A stretch of DNA of 64,000 bases. It comes from Dudresnaya verticillata. Its lineage: Eukaryota. Positions 36,074 to 47,514 of the stretch are shown here, piece after piece. Position 1 is the first letter of the stretch, and each line of letters begins with the position of its first letter. The translations under genes and the position numbers were made by a program. The notes below the pieces were generated by a model that had not been told where the DNA came from, ran no database searches, and saw only the letters and a list, made by a program, of their open reading frames with translations. The stretch covers positions 1,426,001-1,490,000 of the forward strand of contig OZ374561.1 of the NCBI GenBank assembly GCA_977862235.1, read 5' to 3'.

Positions 36074-38157
36074 CCTTAGGCGACGACTCTTTGTCAACCG
36101 CCACAGGCGCAAGAGTTAGAATCAATATCCGCCTTAGACGCTACACAAGGAAGCTCGCTCGCCTTTGGAGGTGGAGCATCCTCAACCGCCTTGGGCGAAG
36201 TAGGGGACCCCATTAACCGCCAAAGGCGTTGAACGATCAACATCCCTCAAGGACGAAGAGGCTACTGGAGCCTGCAGAACTGCCGTAGGCGCTGTCACCG
36301 CACTCGCCTTTGGCGGACTTTTGTTAACAACGTCAGTAGACGCAATGGCGGACGAACCCACACCACCCGCCTTAGGCGAAAAAGGCTTTTTCGCCACTCC
36401 GTCATTAGACGCCGCACCTTCGTCTTTAGACGGCACAGTCGCGACGACGCCCGACGCCGGCATCGCAGCAGCTCTGGGCTGCAGAGCAGCCAGCAGCGAG
36501 TGCCCGAGGGGCGTCGTCGATGATCCGCCCGACCCGTCAGTGGGGACACCGGTGGCTCGCAAGAATGCGAGCACCGTGCGGCGCTGCTCCTCAGTCCATA
36601 CGGGCATTGCAGAAGAGCCATGCGCGCCGTCAGCGACATTAGACAAGCCGCCTGGAGGCGTAACTGCAGCCGCAGAGTTCTCTACTGGCGCAGCCATAAT
36701 GGCATCACCATCATCTTCATTGATGGGTGCCGAGAGATCCAACGGCGCAACCGACGGCAAGCCAACAGGCACAACAACCGCCGGTCCTACCGCCCCTGGC
36801 GAAGTCGTCGCAGGGGCTGTTGCCCCCGCAGTAAGCTTAACCGCCAGTGGCGAAATGACATTCGTCCCGGACGGGTTAACCGGTCCGCTGTTAGCGTGGA
36901 ACGCATCCTCCGCCACCAAGGCGCTCAAGTGCGGCGGGAAATCACCCGCGAAGTTGCAATTCTTGCGCAACCCGCGTGGGTGGTTCGCTGGCGTGAAGCG
37001 GTCCGTACGACGATGGCTCTCAGCGATGTTCTCCGTCGTAAGACGTTCGTAAGACATTTGGTCGACGGGTTGTACCACGCCCAACCGCCAACGGCGGAAT
37101 GGCTTCTACTCATCGCGTAACGCGGACGGTTTGCCTTACGGCGACTGTTCCTCGGCGGCACTACAGTTGGATCGTCCCAGTTGACGCTATCCGCCACATG
37201 GCGTAGATCCCAAAACCCTTGGCAATTCTTGGCACCACCCAGCACTTCGGTCAAGTCGAGCCCACCGAGGAGGCTGACCACCCGTGGCGGTATGTAATAG
37301 AGGCGGAAGGTGTCATACACCTCCCACATCCATGCGTAGGTCACATTAATGACCCACTCGGTGAAGAATACGATCCAACTTCGGGAGTACGGATCCGTCC
37401 GCAACTCGGAGCCGATATACGTGACACACGGAGGCACTTCAGCCGCAAAGCCCTCGCAGAATTCAAAGTCCCGCCACAACGGCGGGACACGAATGAACCA
37501 GTGCGGCAACTTTTCACGCTCAATGCGATCCACCTGCGTATCTTGATACGGCACGAAAACGCCTTTGCGGCGGCGCGTTTTGCACTCCCAACGGACGCAG
37601 CGCTCCCAATAGAAGGTGCCCGTCCTATGGAGGTATCGGAAATCCGCTTTCAAGCGTACCCCAAGGAGATTAGCCTCCTGAAGCACCCGCGGCTCAGCCG
37701 AAACAGCCACATGGCTCAGTGACAACGCCCCAAGACGGTCCCCATACCCAACCTCATCATTGGTGCGGCACTGCCCTGCGTCTAATGCAAAGATGGCGGG
37801 CGTCAATACCGACCCCGGGTAGCGGGTAAACCGCCGATACACGTCAACGACGAAACGCGCATGTGCATCTGCACGCGTCTGGCCGGCGGCAATACGCAGC
37901 CAGCCCCTCGGAATATCGCACCGATGGCGCCATTCGTTCGTCCACACGACGGCCAGGGGCAACTCCCCTGGCAAAAATCCGCTCACAGCGTAATGGGTGA
38001 TGAGATCCTCATGTCGCAGGGCCTCCTGGTCGAACCAGGGGGCCCGCGAGAATAAGCGCGCATCGTTGCGGGGAGTCCTCCCGACAAAGTCGAATGGTGA
38101 CGGATACACCGGCGCCGCCGAAGGCGTAGCCACTTGCAGGCCGTTGAATGGCGCCAT
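36074..38157 (-). pseudogene. Disrupted copy of the antisense accessory ORF (ORF-X) in A'
   Basis: Near-identical protein to 39818-42124; frameshifted by an 11-bp tandem duplication (37036-37057) and a deletion near 36200; truncated at 36074. Confidence 0.88.
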
Positions 38158-38445
38158 TACTTCTGAGACGCTCAACAATCACACGCCGCTGGCGGAGTTC
38201 GTACGATACTTCAACAACGGTCTTGACTCCGACATTGAGTCAATTACGCCAAAGGTGGAAACAAACAAACACACGTCAACGACGTTGGACCAAACGACGC
38301 CAAGGGCGGAACTCAAAGACACGCCCTAGGCGGTGGGTACACGAACGCGTGCACAGAAACGACGTAAAAGACGGGGTTTTATGCACGTCACTGGCGAAGT
38401 TAGTCAACTGTACGTCTTCGACGGGAACCGTTTTTACGCCAAAGG
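36074..38445 (+). mobile_element. Relic fragment A' of an A-family Gypsy element (antisense-ORF region and leader only)
   Basis: Reverse complement aligns with ~39527-41915 of element A; no gag, pol or LTR of its own remains here. Confidence 0.9.
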
Positions 38446-39356
38446 TGTAGTGCAAACGTCGATGACGGGCACCGCCGAGCAGTTCGGGGCTCGGTGGGTA
38501 GCGACGCCTGCGGCGATGAGTGGCCTCGCCGTGGGCGTCTGGTGGTAGAGCGGTTAACTCGCCTTGGGCGGACTGTAAACGCCCTTGGCGGAAAAGAAGA
38601 ACAAAAGGAAACAGAAAGGGAACACGTCGAGGATGGGTAGAGAGGTGGAAGCACGGAGGTAGACGCTTAGCCGTAGGCAGCGGTAAGGTACGCGCGTGCT
38701 GAACGGGGAAGTCTGGACCAAGGCCGGCTTGCTGGGGTTTACTGTGACGTCTCAGACGGATCAACTAAGTACAGGATTACCTAGCGCGGCGACGCGTGCG
38801 TAGGCGCCGCGCGGGAACTTGGGACACGTGTTGTCCCGAGGCGCGTCTGACAGATCCGTACGTCATGCAGCCGCGCTCCTGACGGATCACGCGTAGCGTC
38901 CCCGTTCGAGTCCTTACACCTACACGTGGACTATTTCCTTACAGCCGCATGCGCCTCAGGGCGCGTGCGATCTTGATTCACGCCAATCCCGATCCAGTCC
39001 GGATTCGGGCCAGCCATGCGAGTGTGCCAAACTTACAGGCGCGGGCCTTACACTTCGTAATCCCGATGTCGGATCCCGATGTGGGATCCCGATTGGATCC
39101 GGATTCGGGCCACGCTTACAGCGAACGTTCCTGCCACTGCGCCACGCGCGCACGCGTGGCGCCGTACAGTACCCCGGGTTCAGGCGTGCGGTCTGCACGC
39201 CAAGCGAGCCGTTCTGGCCCGAGTGGCCAGCGGCATGCGTCGGTGACGTGTTTGCGCCGCGGGCGGGTTGAGCGCGCCGTTGGCGGTCGTCCGTCGGTAG
39301 ACGCTTCATATCAAACCGCTTGAAAGCGAAAATGGGGGAACCCCCCCGGCACTACA
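38446..39356 (-). repeat. Inferred 3' LTR of element A (911 bp)
   Basis: Perfect 8-bp terminal inverted repeat TGTAGTGC...GCACTACA; preceded on the minus strand by PPT GGAGGGGG (39367-39360); left edge coincides with loss of A/A' homology; partner LTR not in window. Confidence 0.78.
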
Positions 39357-39817
39357 CGACCCCCTCCGAAAACGCGAACACCTCAACCTGCTTCAACCTG
39401 CCAGCTTCCCCGCGCCTGCGTCTCTTCCAGTGCCGATCGTGCTTGTCACCCGCGTCTTCGCGCCTGCGTTTGCCCGCCCTTGGCGTTGGTTGAGCCCCGT
39501 CAAAGACGCACGCGCAGTTTCCCCCGCCCTTGGCGTAGGAACATTTCCCGTCGAAGACGTGTCGTTGACTAACTTCGCTAGTGGCGTGCGTGAAACCCCG
39601 TCGTTGACGTCGTATCGGTGCACGCGTGTGTACGCTTATCGCCTAGGGCGTTTCTTTGAGGTCCGCCTTCGGCGTCGTTCAGTCTAACGTCGTTGACGTG
39701 TGTTGTGCGTGCTTCCGCCTTTGGCGTAGTGGGCTTGACTTCGAAGTCCCAGAACCGTCATTGACGTATCGTGTGAACTCCGCCCGTGGCGTGTGATTAC
39801 TCAACGTCTTGGACGCA

Positions 39818-42124
39818 ATGGCACAGTTCAATGGCCTACGAGTGGCTGCGCCTTCGGCGGCGCCGGTGTATCCGTCACCATTCGACTTCGTCGGGAGGAC
39901 TCCCCGCAACGATGCGAGCTTATTCTCGCGGGCACCCTGGTTCGACCAGGAGGCCCTGCGACATGAGGACCTCATCACCCATTACGCTGTGAGCGGGTTT
40001 TTGCCAGGGGAGTTGCCCCTGGCCGTCGTGTGGACGAACGAATGGCGCCATCGGTGCGCCATTCCGCGGGTTTGGCTGCGTATTGCCGCCGGCCAGACGC
40101 GTGCAGATGCACATGCGCGTTTCGTCGTTGACGTGTATCGGCGGTTTACCCGCTATCCTGGGTGGGTATTGACGCCCACCGTCTTTGCATTTGACGCAGG
40201 GCAGTACCGCACTAATGGCGAGGTTGGGTATGGGGACCGTCTTGGAGCGTTGTCATTAAGCCATGTGGCTGTTTCGGCTGAGCCGCGGGTGCTTCAGGAG
40301 GCTAACCTCCTTGGGGTACGCTTGAAAGCGGATTTCCGGTACTTACATAGGACAGGCACCTTCTATTGGGAGCGCTGCGTCCGTTGGGAGTGCGAAACGC
40401 GCCGCCGCAAAGGCGTTTTTGTGCCGTATCAAGATACGCAGGTTGATCGCATTGAGCGGGAAAAGTTGCCGCACTGGTTCATTCGTGTCCCGCCGTTGTG
40501 GCGGGACTTTGAATTCTGCGAGGGCTTTGCGGCTGAAGTGCCTCCGTGTGTCACGTATATCGGCTCCGAGTTGCGTACGGATCCGTACTCCCGAAGTTGG
40601 ATCGTATTCTTCACCGAGTGGGTCATTAATGTGACCTACGCATGGATGTGGGATGTGTATGACACCTTCCGGCTCTATTATGTGCCGCCACGCGTAGTCA
40701 GCCTCCTTGGCGGGCTTGACTTGACCGAAGTGCTGGGCGGTGCCAGGAACTGCCAAGAGTTCTGGGATTTACGCCATGTGGCGGATAACGTCAACTGGGA
40801 CGACCCGGCAGCTGTGCCGCCGGGAAACCGGCGCCGTAATGCAAACCGTGCGCGTTACGCGATGAGTAGAAATCATTCCGCCTGTGGCGATTGGGTATGG
40901 TACAACCCTTGGACCAAACGTCTTACGACGGAGAATATCGCTGAGAGCCACCGTCGTACGGATCGCTTCACGCCAGCGAATCACCCACGTGGGTTGCGCA
41001 AGAATTGCGACTTTGCGGGGGATTTCCCACCCCACTTGAGCGCCTTGATGGCGGAGGAGGATGCGTTCCACGCGAACAGCGGACCGGTTAACTCGTCTGG
41101 GACGGACATCGTTACGCCTATGGCGGTTGAACTTTCTGCGGGAGCGACAGCCCCCGCGACGATTTCGCCAGCGGCGGTAGGACCGTCGGCTGTTGTGCCT
41201 GTTGGCTTGCCGTCGGTTGCGCCATTGGATCTCTCGGCGCCCGTCAACGACGGTGATGGTGATGCCATCATGGCTGCGCCCGTGGCGAGTCCTGCGTCTG
41301 CAGTTCCGCCTCAAGGCGGAGTGTCTAACGTTGCCGACGGTGCGCATCGCCCTTCTGCAGTGCCCGCATGGACTGAGGAGCAGCGCCGCACGGTGCTCGC
41401 ATTCTTGCGAGCCACCGGTGTCGTCACTGACGGGTCGGGCGGGTCCTCCACGACGCCCCTCGGGCACTCGCTGTTGGCTGCTCTGCACCCCAGCGTTGCT
41501 GCGGTGCCGGCGTCGACCGTCGTTGCGAATGTGCCGTCTAACGACGAAGGTACAGCGTCTAATGACGAAGTGGCGCAGAAGCCGTTGTCGCCTAAGGCGG
41601 GTGGTGCGGGTTCGTCCGCCATTGCGTCTGCTGACGTTGTTAGCAAAAGTCCGCCAAAGGCGAGTGCGGTGGCAGCGCCTACGGCGGCTCGGCAGGCTCC
41701 GGTAGCCTCTTCGTCGGTGACGGATGTTGATCGTTCAACGCCTTTGGCGGTTAATGCGGTCCCGTCACCGGAGGTGCCGGGGCCGTCGACTTCGCCCAAG
41801 GCGGTTGAGGATGCTCCACCGCCAAAGGCGAGTGAGCTTCCTAGTGTAGCGCCTAAGGCGGATAACGACTCTAACGTTGCGCCTATGGCGGTTGACAAGC
41901 AGTCGTCGCCTAAGGCGGATTGTGAGACAGGTGCGTCGCCAGCGGCGGATGTCGCGACTTCGACAGCGGTGGTTGTGGCGGGTCCCTTGCGGTCCGTTCC
42001 TGCCCCTGCTGCGAGCGCACCGTCGGTGACGGAAGACGATCTCTACGAAGAGGCGTTAAGGGAATCCGCCAATGGCGTTGGGGATGATGCCCCATCTGAG
42101 CCGTCTGCGACGAAGAAGCCGTAA
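39818..42124 (+). CDS. Antisense accessory ORF-X of element A (768 aa; Trp-rich domain of unknown family plus Ala/Pro/Ser tail)
   Basis: Uninterrupted ORF opposite to pol, starting ~460 bp from the 3' LTR; homologous to 57555-59237 over ~390 aa. Confidence 0.88.
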   Translation: MAQFNGLRVAAPSAAPVYPSPFDFVGRTPRNDASLFSRAPWFDQEALRHEDLITHYAVSGFLPGELPLAVVWTNEWRHRCAIPRVWLRIAAGQTRADAHARFVVDVYRRFTRYPGWVLTPTVFAFDAGQYRTNGEVGYGDRLGALSLSHVAVSAEPRVLQEANLLGVRLKADFRYLHRTGTFYWERCVRWECETRRRKGVFVPYQDTQVDRIEREKLPHWFIRVPPLWRDFEFCEGFAAEVPPCVTYIGSELRTDPYSRSWIVFFTEWVINVTYAWMWDVYDTFRLYYVPPRVVSLLGGLDLTEVLGGARNCQEFWDLRHVADNVNWDDPAAVPPGNRRRNANRARYAMSRNHSACGDWVWYNPWTKRLTTENIAESHRRTDRFTPANHPRGLRKNCDFAGDFPPHLSALMAEEDAFHANSGPVNSSGTDIVTPMAVELSAGATAPATISPAAVGPSAVVPVGLPSVAPLDLSAPVNDGDGDAIMAAPVASPASAVPPQGGVSNVADGAHRPSAVPAWTEEQRRTVLAFLRATGVVTDGSGGSSTTPLGHSLLAALHPSVAAVPASTVVANVPSNDEGTASNDEVAQKPLSPKAGGAGSSAIASADVVSKSPPKASAVAAPTAARQAPVASSSVTDVDRSTPLAVNAVPSPEVPGPSTSPKAVEDAPPPKASELPSVAPKADNDSNVAPMAVDKQSSPKADCETGASPAADVATSTAVVVAGPLRSVPAPAASAPSVTEDDLYEEALRESANGVGDDAPSEPSATKKP

Positions 42125-43335
42125 CGTTGTTGGATCGTTAAGCACGGTTAGCAAACGCGAGAGCGCGTGTGGTGTCGCTTTGCCTGCCCCGTGGTGGGGC
42201 GGCAAGCGAGGGATTCATACGTCATAGACGGTTAGTGTCGCGTCTCACGACGTAGGTCGTAGTGGAAGGTCATGTGGGCACGGGGGTTACCCTCGTTTGT
42301 GAAGCCCGAATAAACTTGACCGTTGTTAACACGTAGTTGCTTGTGTGTTCGCTTGATGTAGAGCGCTGCGATAGCGAATAGTATGTAGCCGACGGGTCGC
42401 GTTCGTATAGACGTTGTTGTTTTCTGTCCGCTGTAGTAGCGTTTGCGTAGAAGCTTGGGGCGGTGCCGCCTTGGTGGCGTTTTTCTCCCTTCTTGATGCC
42501 GCTACAGTAGCGTAACCCCTTTCTGGGAGGGTCCATTTTCTCATGCCGACTTAGTCGTTTTGTTGCTCAAATTGTTTTTCCGCTTGTTGAGCGAATGTGT
42601 AGTTGGGGGAGCCGTTTGTCGGTAGGCTTTTCGTCTTTGACGTAGGGCATGTTGGGTTAGCGTCGGGGACGGTTAGCTTGGCGATGCGCCGCGCGTGGGG
42701 CGCGTTTCTTGCGACTCCTGGGCGTGGCTGCCGCGCCCAGCGGCGGAGTCATTTTTGCGACTAGCGCGTCGTGCACGAAACGTAGCCCAACTCCATCTTC
42801 GACGACTGTTTCTCCTCTCGTGTTTGCGGCGACCCGTTTTTCGGCTTGAGACACGTCGTTGATGTTCGCGGGCGTCACCCTCGAGGTGGTTGCGTGTGCC
42901 GCCCGTAAGGGTGGCGGGTTTCGGACTTGGTCGCGTGGGTGGCGCGCCTGGGCGAGGACGTCGGAGACGGTCGATCGCGTCCGGGCTTGGTTGCCTCGTG
43001 GGCATTCGTAGTGCTGGGCACACACACACTTGTCAGGTTCTCGTTTGTTGGGCGCCGCCGCCTGGCTGGTGCCCGCGTTATTATTTTCGCATTAAACTTT
43101 TTCCTGTCGTTGCTGCCCGATTTCGTGTGGTGCGTGCGCCCTCCACGCCTTCTGATTACTGTCAGCCGTTCTGTCCTTACGGACCCCCTCCGAAGAGGGT
43201 TGCCTATTCGCGTGTCGCCAACCCAATCGTCCTTGATCCGGTTGATTACAGCCCCCGTCGTCCGTAACGAGTGCACGTCCGTCTCAATCCGTATGTGGCG
43301 GGTGTTTTCGCTTCCAGCGTCCACCCTGACTAGGG

Positions 43336-46300
43336 TTACCCGCGTTGCGCGTCGTCGATGTTTGGCGGCAGGCGCGTGTGCTTCTGACGGTGATACCGCA
43401 CAACGTGCGATCGCGGTAGACTGGACACTGGTTCCCAAGTATTCGCTGAAGCGGGGTATCCAAACCACTTGACGCGGTAGAGGATCTCGCCGTCTTCTGC
43501 GTGTGCGTGCGACTCAACCCGTTCGATAACGTACTCCTCCGCGCTTGGAGCGGTCGACGTAGGCTCCTGCCGTTCTAGCGCCTTGAGCGGCTCACTTCGT
43601 TGCGTGATGGGCGTCTGCACCGGTTCGGCAAACCGTACTCGACGAGTCGATCACCTGAGGCGCTGGGTCGGTGCCCCGAGGGCTTGCGTAGCGGGTTGTG
43701 GTTCGTCGCTTTTGCGTACTGGTTCCTCGCTTCTAGCGGCATCTTTCGCGTTAGCGCGGTCGTCCTCATCGGCAGTCGATGCGCTCGAAGCGGGACCTAC
43801 CTTGGTAGCCGGCGAAGCCGAGGTTGCGTGTCCCATTCGCGTACGGATGCCGGGACCCTCCTCCTCGTCGGAGACGGATTGCGAGACACCGTCGTCGGGG
43901 TTAGCAGCAAAGGGCGAGAGCTCTGCTAACCCGCGGCTTCGTGGTCGTTGCATTCATTCGCTCCTGCGAGTCGTTCGTGCGGCGCGGCGTCCCTGTGCCT
44001 CCTGCCGGGTCCGCCTGCGGCGTGTCTGGGGTTCCTGCTCCTTCGTCGGTTGACGTGGGGGCCGGTGGTCCCGATACGTCAGGTGATCCCGGTGGTTGCA
44101 CGGTTGCGGGGGCGTTGTGCCCTGGTGGGGTTGGCGCCCATACCACGCGGTCTCGGGATAAGCATTCGCGTTCGCCACGTCCCTTGTCGACGGTGACTGT
44201 CCCGTCGTCGACGTGTGTTACTCGATACGGTCCATCCGCTACAGGTGCGAGCTTGTGCTTGCGCTCTGAGCGATCGGTGCTCCCGCCGCGGGCGAAGTAT
44301 TCTTTCCGCACGAATGCGAAGTCTCCCACAGCGATGTTCTCCTTCGATTTCCTCAGACGAGTATCGAAGTTCCGTTTGTAACGCGCCTGCGTTTTCGCGA
44401 GTGGCGCGTTAGCGGTTCCAATCAATGCGGACAGCCAGGTTCGCCATTTGGTGTAGTACTGTCCGGCAGTGGGCACGCTTTCAAGCGACGGCTCCGCTTC
44501 CAGCGACAATGGCCGCGGGGGCTTAGATAGCACCAACTCGAATGGAGCGAGGTGGGTAGACGAGTGCAGTTGCGTATTGTATGCGAACGTCAGAGCATCG
44601 GTGAACAAATCCCAGTCCCTGGCGTAGTGACGCAGGGAGGCGAGGATGGTTCGATTGAATCGTTCCACTTGGCCGTTACACTGCGGGTGGTATGTAGTGG
44701 TGAAGAGATTCTCCACCCCTAAAATGCGGCAGACGTCCTGGAACAACTTGGCTACAAACTGCGACCCGTTGTCGGACAGCAGATTCTTGGGTGGGCCATA
44801 CACAAACACCCAGTGTCGAACAAACGCCTTAGCGATTTCCAATGCCGTAATCTTACGTAAGGGAACCGTCCGGACCAGCTTTGAGAAGCGGTCCACGATG
44901 ACGAGTAGGAACTTATTCCCCCGCTTAGTGCGTATGAGCTCCCCGAGTATATCGATGGACACAAACTCGAGAGGCTCGGTTGCTGGGAACAGTTTCATCT
45001 CCTTCACGTTCTTTCGCATCAGTACCCGGTTCTTCGCGCAAGTAACGCAATTGCGGACGGTCGCGTAACAGTCCACCGACATAGACGGCCAATAATACTC
45101 GCGTCGAAGCGTATGGTACAGCTTCCGCCCTCCGGGATGTCCTGCTAATTTAGCATGATGCCGGAGGTGGAGCAATCGAACGCGTAACGCGGATGGTACA
45201 ACGACTTGGGGTCGGGCCTCGACGGTCCGGACCAATAGTCCCTGTTCGTCCGTTTCAAACGGTAGGTTGTCTCCGTCGTCTAGACGTTTCCGAATCTCAG
45301 AACAGTACTGGTCGCTGCCCTGAGCATGCACCAACTCTTCATGCGTCAATTGACGGAGGAGCACTTCATCCGCCGGTGGCGCGCTGGTAACCAACATCTG
45401 GTCAAATTCCTCGAAGTCTCGTTCGGAGAAATCGACTTCGCCCTTGACGTTTGACGTATCGCTTTCTGCGTGAGCGTGTCCTCTGACGAGAGGTCCTCGT
45501 CTTTGACGCAGCTTCCGTGGTAACACGGGATATCATCGTCGATTGGTTCGACCGTTTCGCCGTTCGTCTGTAGACGTGAGAGGGCATCTGCCTGAGTATT
45601 CAGGTACCCCTTTTTATACTTCACGACGAAGTCGAACTCAGAGAGGCGAAGGCCCCATCTCATCAACCGTCCCGAGGGGTCGCTGATTTCCATGAGCCAC
45701 CTCAACGACGAATGGTCCGTATAGACTACGAAGGACTCCATCTGAAGGTACGGTCTCAACGTCGTGATCGACCAGACTACTGCCAAGCATTCCTTTTCGG
45801 ATACCGAGTAGTTACGCTCCGGAGCGATTAACGAGCGTGACCAGAAGCCAAGCGGCTTCCGTTCGCCGTCAGGCTGCGTTTGAAAGAGTGCGCAGCCAAC
45901 TTGGTACTCGCTCGCGTCACAATCGACGGAGTACGGTAGTCCTTGTTGTGGCAGCGCCAGGATGGGCGGGTGAGTCACCGCTTCGACAAGCGTACTGAAT
46001 GCCCGAGCTTGCTCCTCGGTGCACGGTTGTAACCGGAAGTCTTGCTCTTTCCTTAACAATTTGTTGAGGGGAGCGGCGACATGCGCGTATCGCGATACAA
46101 ACCGTCTATAGACGTTGCATAATCCGAGAAAGCTCCGTAATTCCTTCTGGTCCCGCGGATGTTTGGCTTCGCGTAACGCGGCTGTGACCGTACGGTCTAC
46201 TTCCAATCGTCCCGGACATATCACATGGCCGAGATAGTTGACGGTCGGGGTGAAGAAGTCACACTTGGTTAACTTCAATGTCACCCCGGCCCGATGCAAG

Positions 46301-47514
46301 GTCGAAAGGATCTCGTCAACATGACGGAAGTGACTGTCGATATCATTCGAGAAGATGATCACATCGTCAAGGTAGACGAGGCATGAGCGCCACTTGTAAC
46401 CAGCAAGCAGGATATCGAGGGTCCGTTGGAACGTGGCCGGTGCGTTAGTAAGGCCGAAGGGCATACGTTTGTAGCGGAACAATCCGGCATGGCACGTGAA
46501 CGCTGTCTTGTCGCGATCTCGCGGGTTAATGGGCACCTGCCAGTAACCACTATTGCAGTCTAGGGTGGTGAAGATGTTCGCTTCCCCTAGACTGTCAATA
46601 CATTCATCGATTCGCGGGAGAGGGTACGTATCTCGTACCGTTACTGCGTTCAAGCGACGGTAGTCAACGCAGAAGCGGAGTGTACCGTCCTTCTTGGGAG
46701 CGAAGACGACCGGCGACGCCCATGGCGATTGGGCGGGTTCGATAACCCCCTGACGCAACATGCGATCCACCTCCGCTTGAGCGAGTTGCCTTTGCTTTGG
46801 GCCAGCGCGATAAGGCGGGGATGAAATCGGCCTGGAGCCGGGGAGCAAGTCAATATAGTGCTCCGTGGTTGCGATTTCTCCTAATGAACCGTCCCACATC
46901 GACGAGTACCTGCGCAGCATCTCCTTCAGCCGTCCTTGATGTTCGGCTGAGAGATGACTCAGGTCCAACTCGTCCACTGACGGAGGTTTCGCTATGGTTG
47001 CTTCGATCGACTTAGCGAATGTATCCGGCTGTGCCGTTACTCCATCATTCGTTTGAAAACGGAAATCTTGATTCGCCTCTTCCTCCGCTGCCTGCTCCTT
47101 GGTGATACCTAGGACACCGGCCAGACTTATGTGACTGGGGAACACTGCTGTGGGATGTGGCAACGCGGTAGCAACGACTTGTCCCTTGACGAGCGCTTGC
47201 GGACGCGGGGAGAAGTTTGCGACGAGAATCCTGAACACTCTCTGCGGCTCTACTTGAGCGACTCCGTTAGTAACGGCCAAAGCTTGCCGATCATATAACG
47301 TTCCAAACGGTTGGATGGTAATGACCCCTGCTCGCTCGGTCGTTACCGAGATCCACTTTTGCGCCTGCGGCGGGATGATCGTTCGTTCCGCAACGCGTAT
47401 CTTGGGCGACGTTCGTCCTCCGGCCGTGCCGTACTCCTGTTCCGTTGGCAACGGGGGGTACGACGAGGGACGGCGCAGCGGGCGGCGCGTTATAGGGACA
47501 CGGGTCCCGTCGTC
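43336..47514 (-). pseudogene. pol: pol of element A (RT-RNaseH-integrase-chromodomain), frameshifted
   Basis: [51 protein letters not shown], chromodomain YVIERVESH..YRVKWFGYP..TWEP; frame breaks near 45.5 kb and 43.6-44 kb. Confidence 0.93.

Noticed and set aside
38904..38913. GTTCGAGTCC B-box/tRNA T-loop-like motif in LTR A
   Set aside because: No cloverleaf or convincing A-box nearby; likely chance
38446..42124. CGCC-N3-GGCG series as a CRISPR-like array
   Set aside because: Repeat only 8 fixed bases, irregular spacing, partly in-frame within an ORF, no cas genes, eukaryotic context
42875..43468. 197-aa minus ORF after the chromodomain of A
   Set aside because: Overlaps the chromodomain out of frame, no ATG start, no counterpart in B
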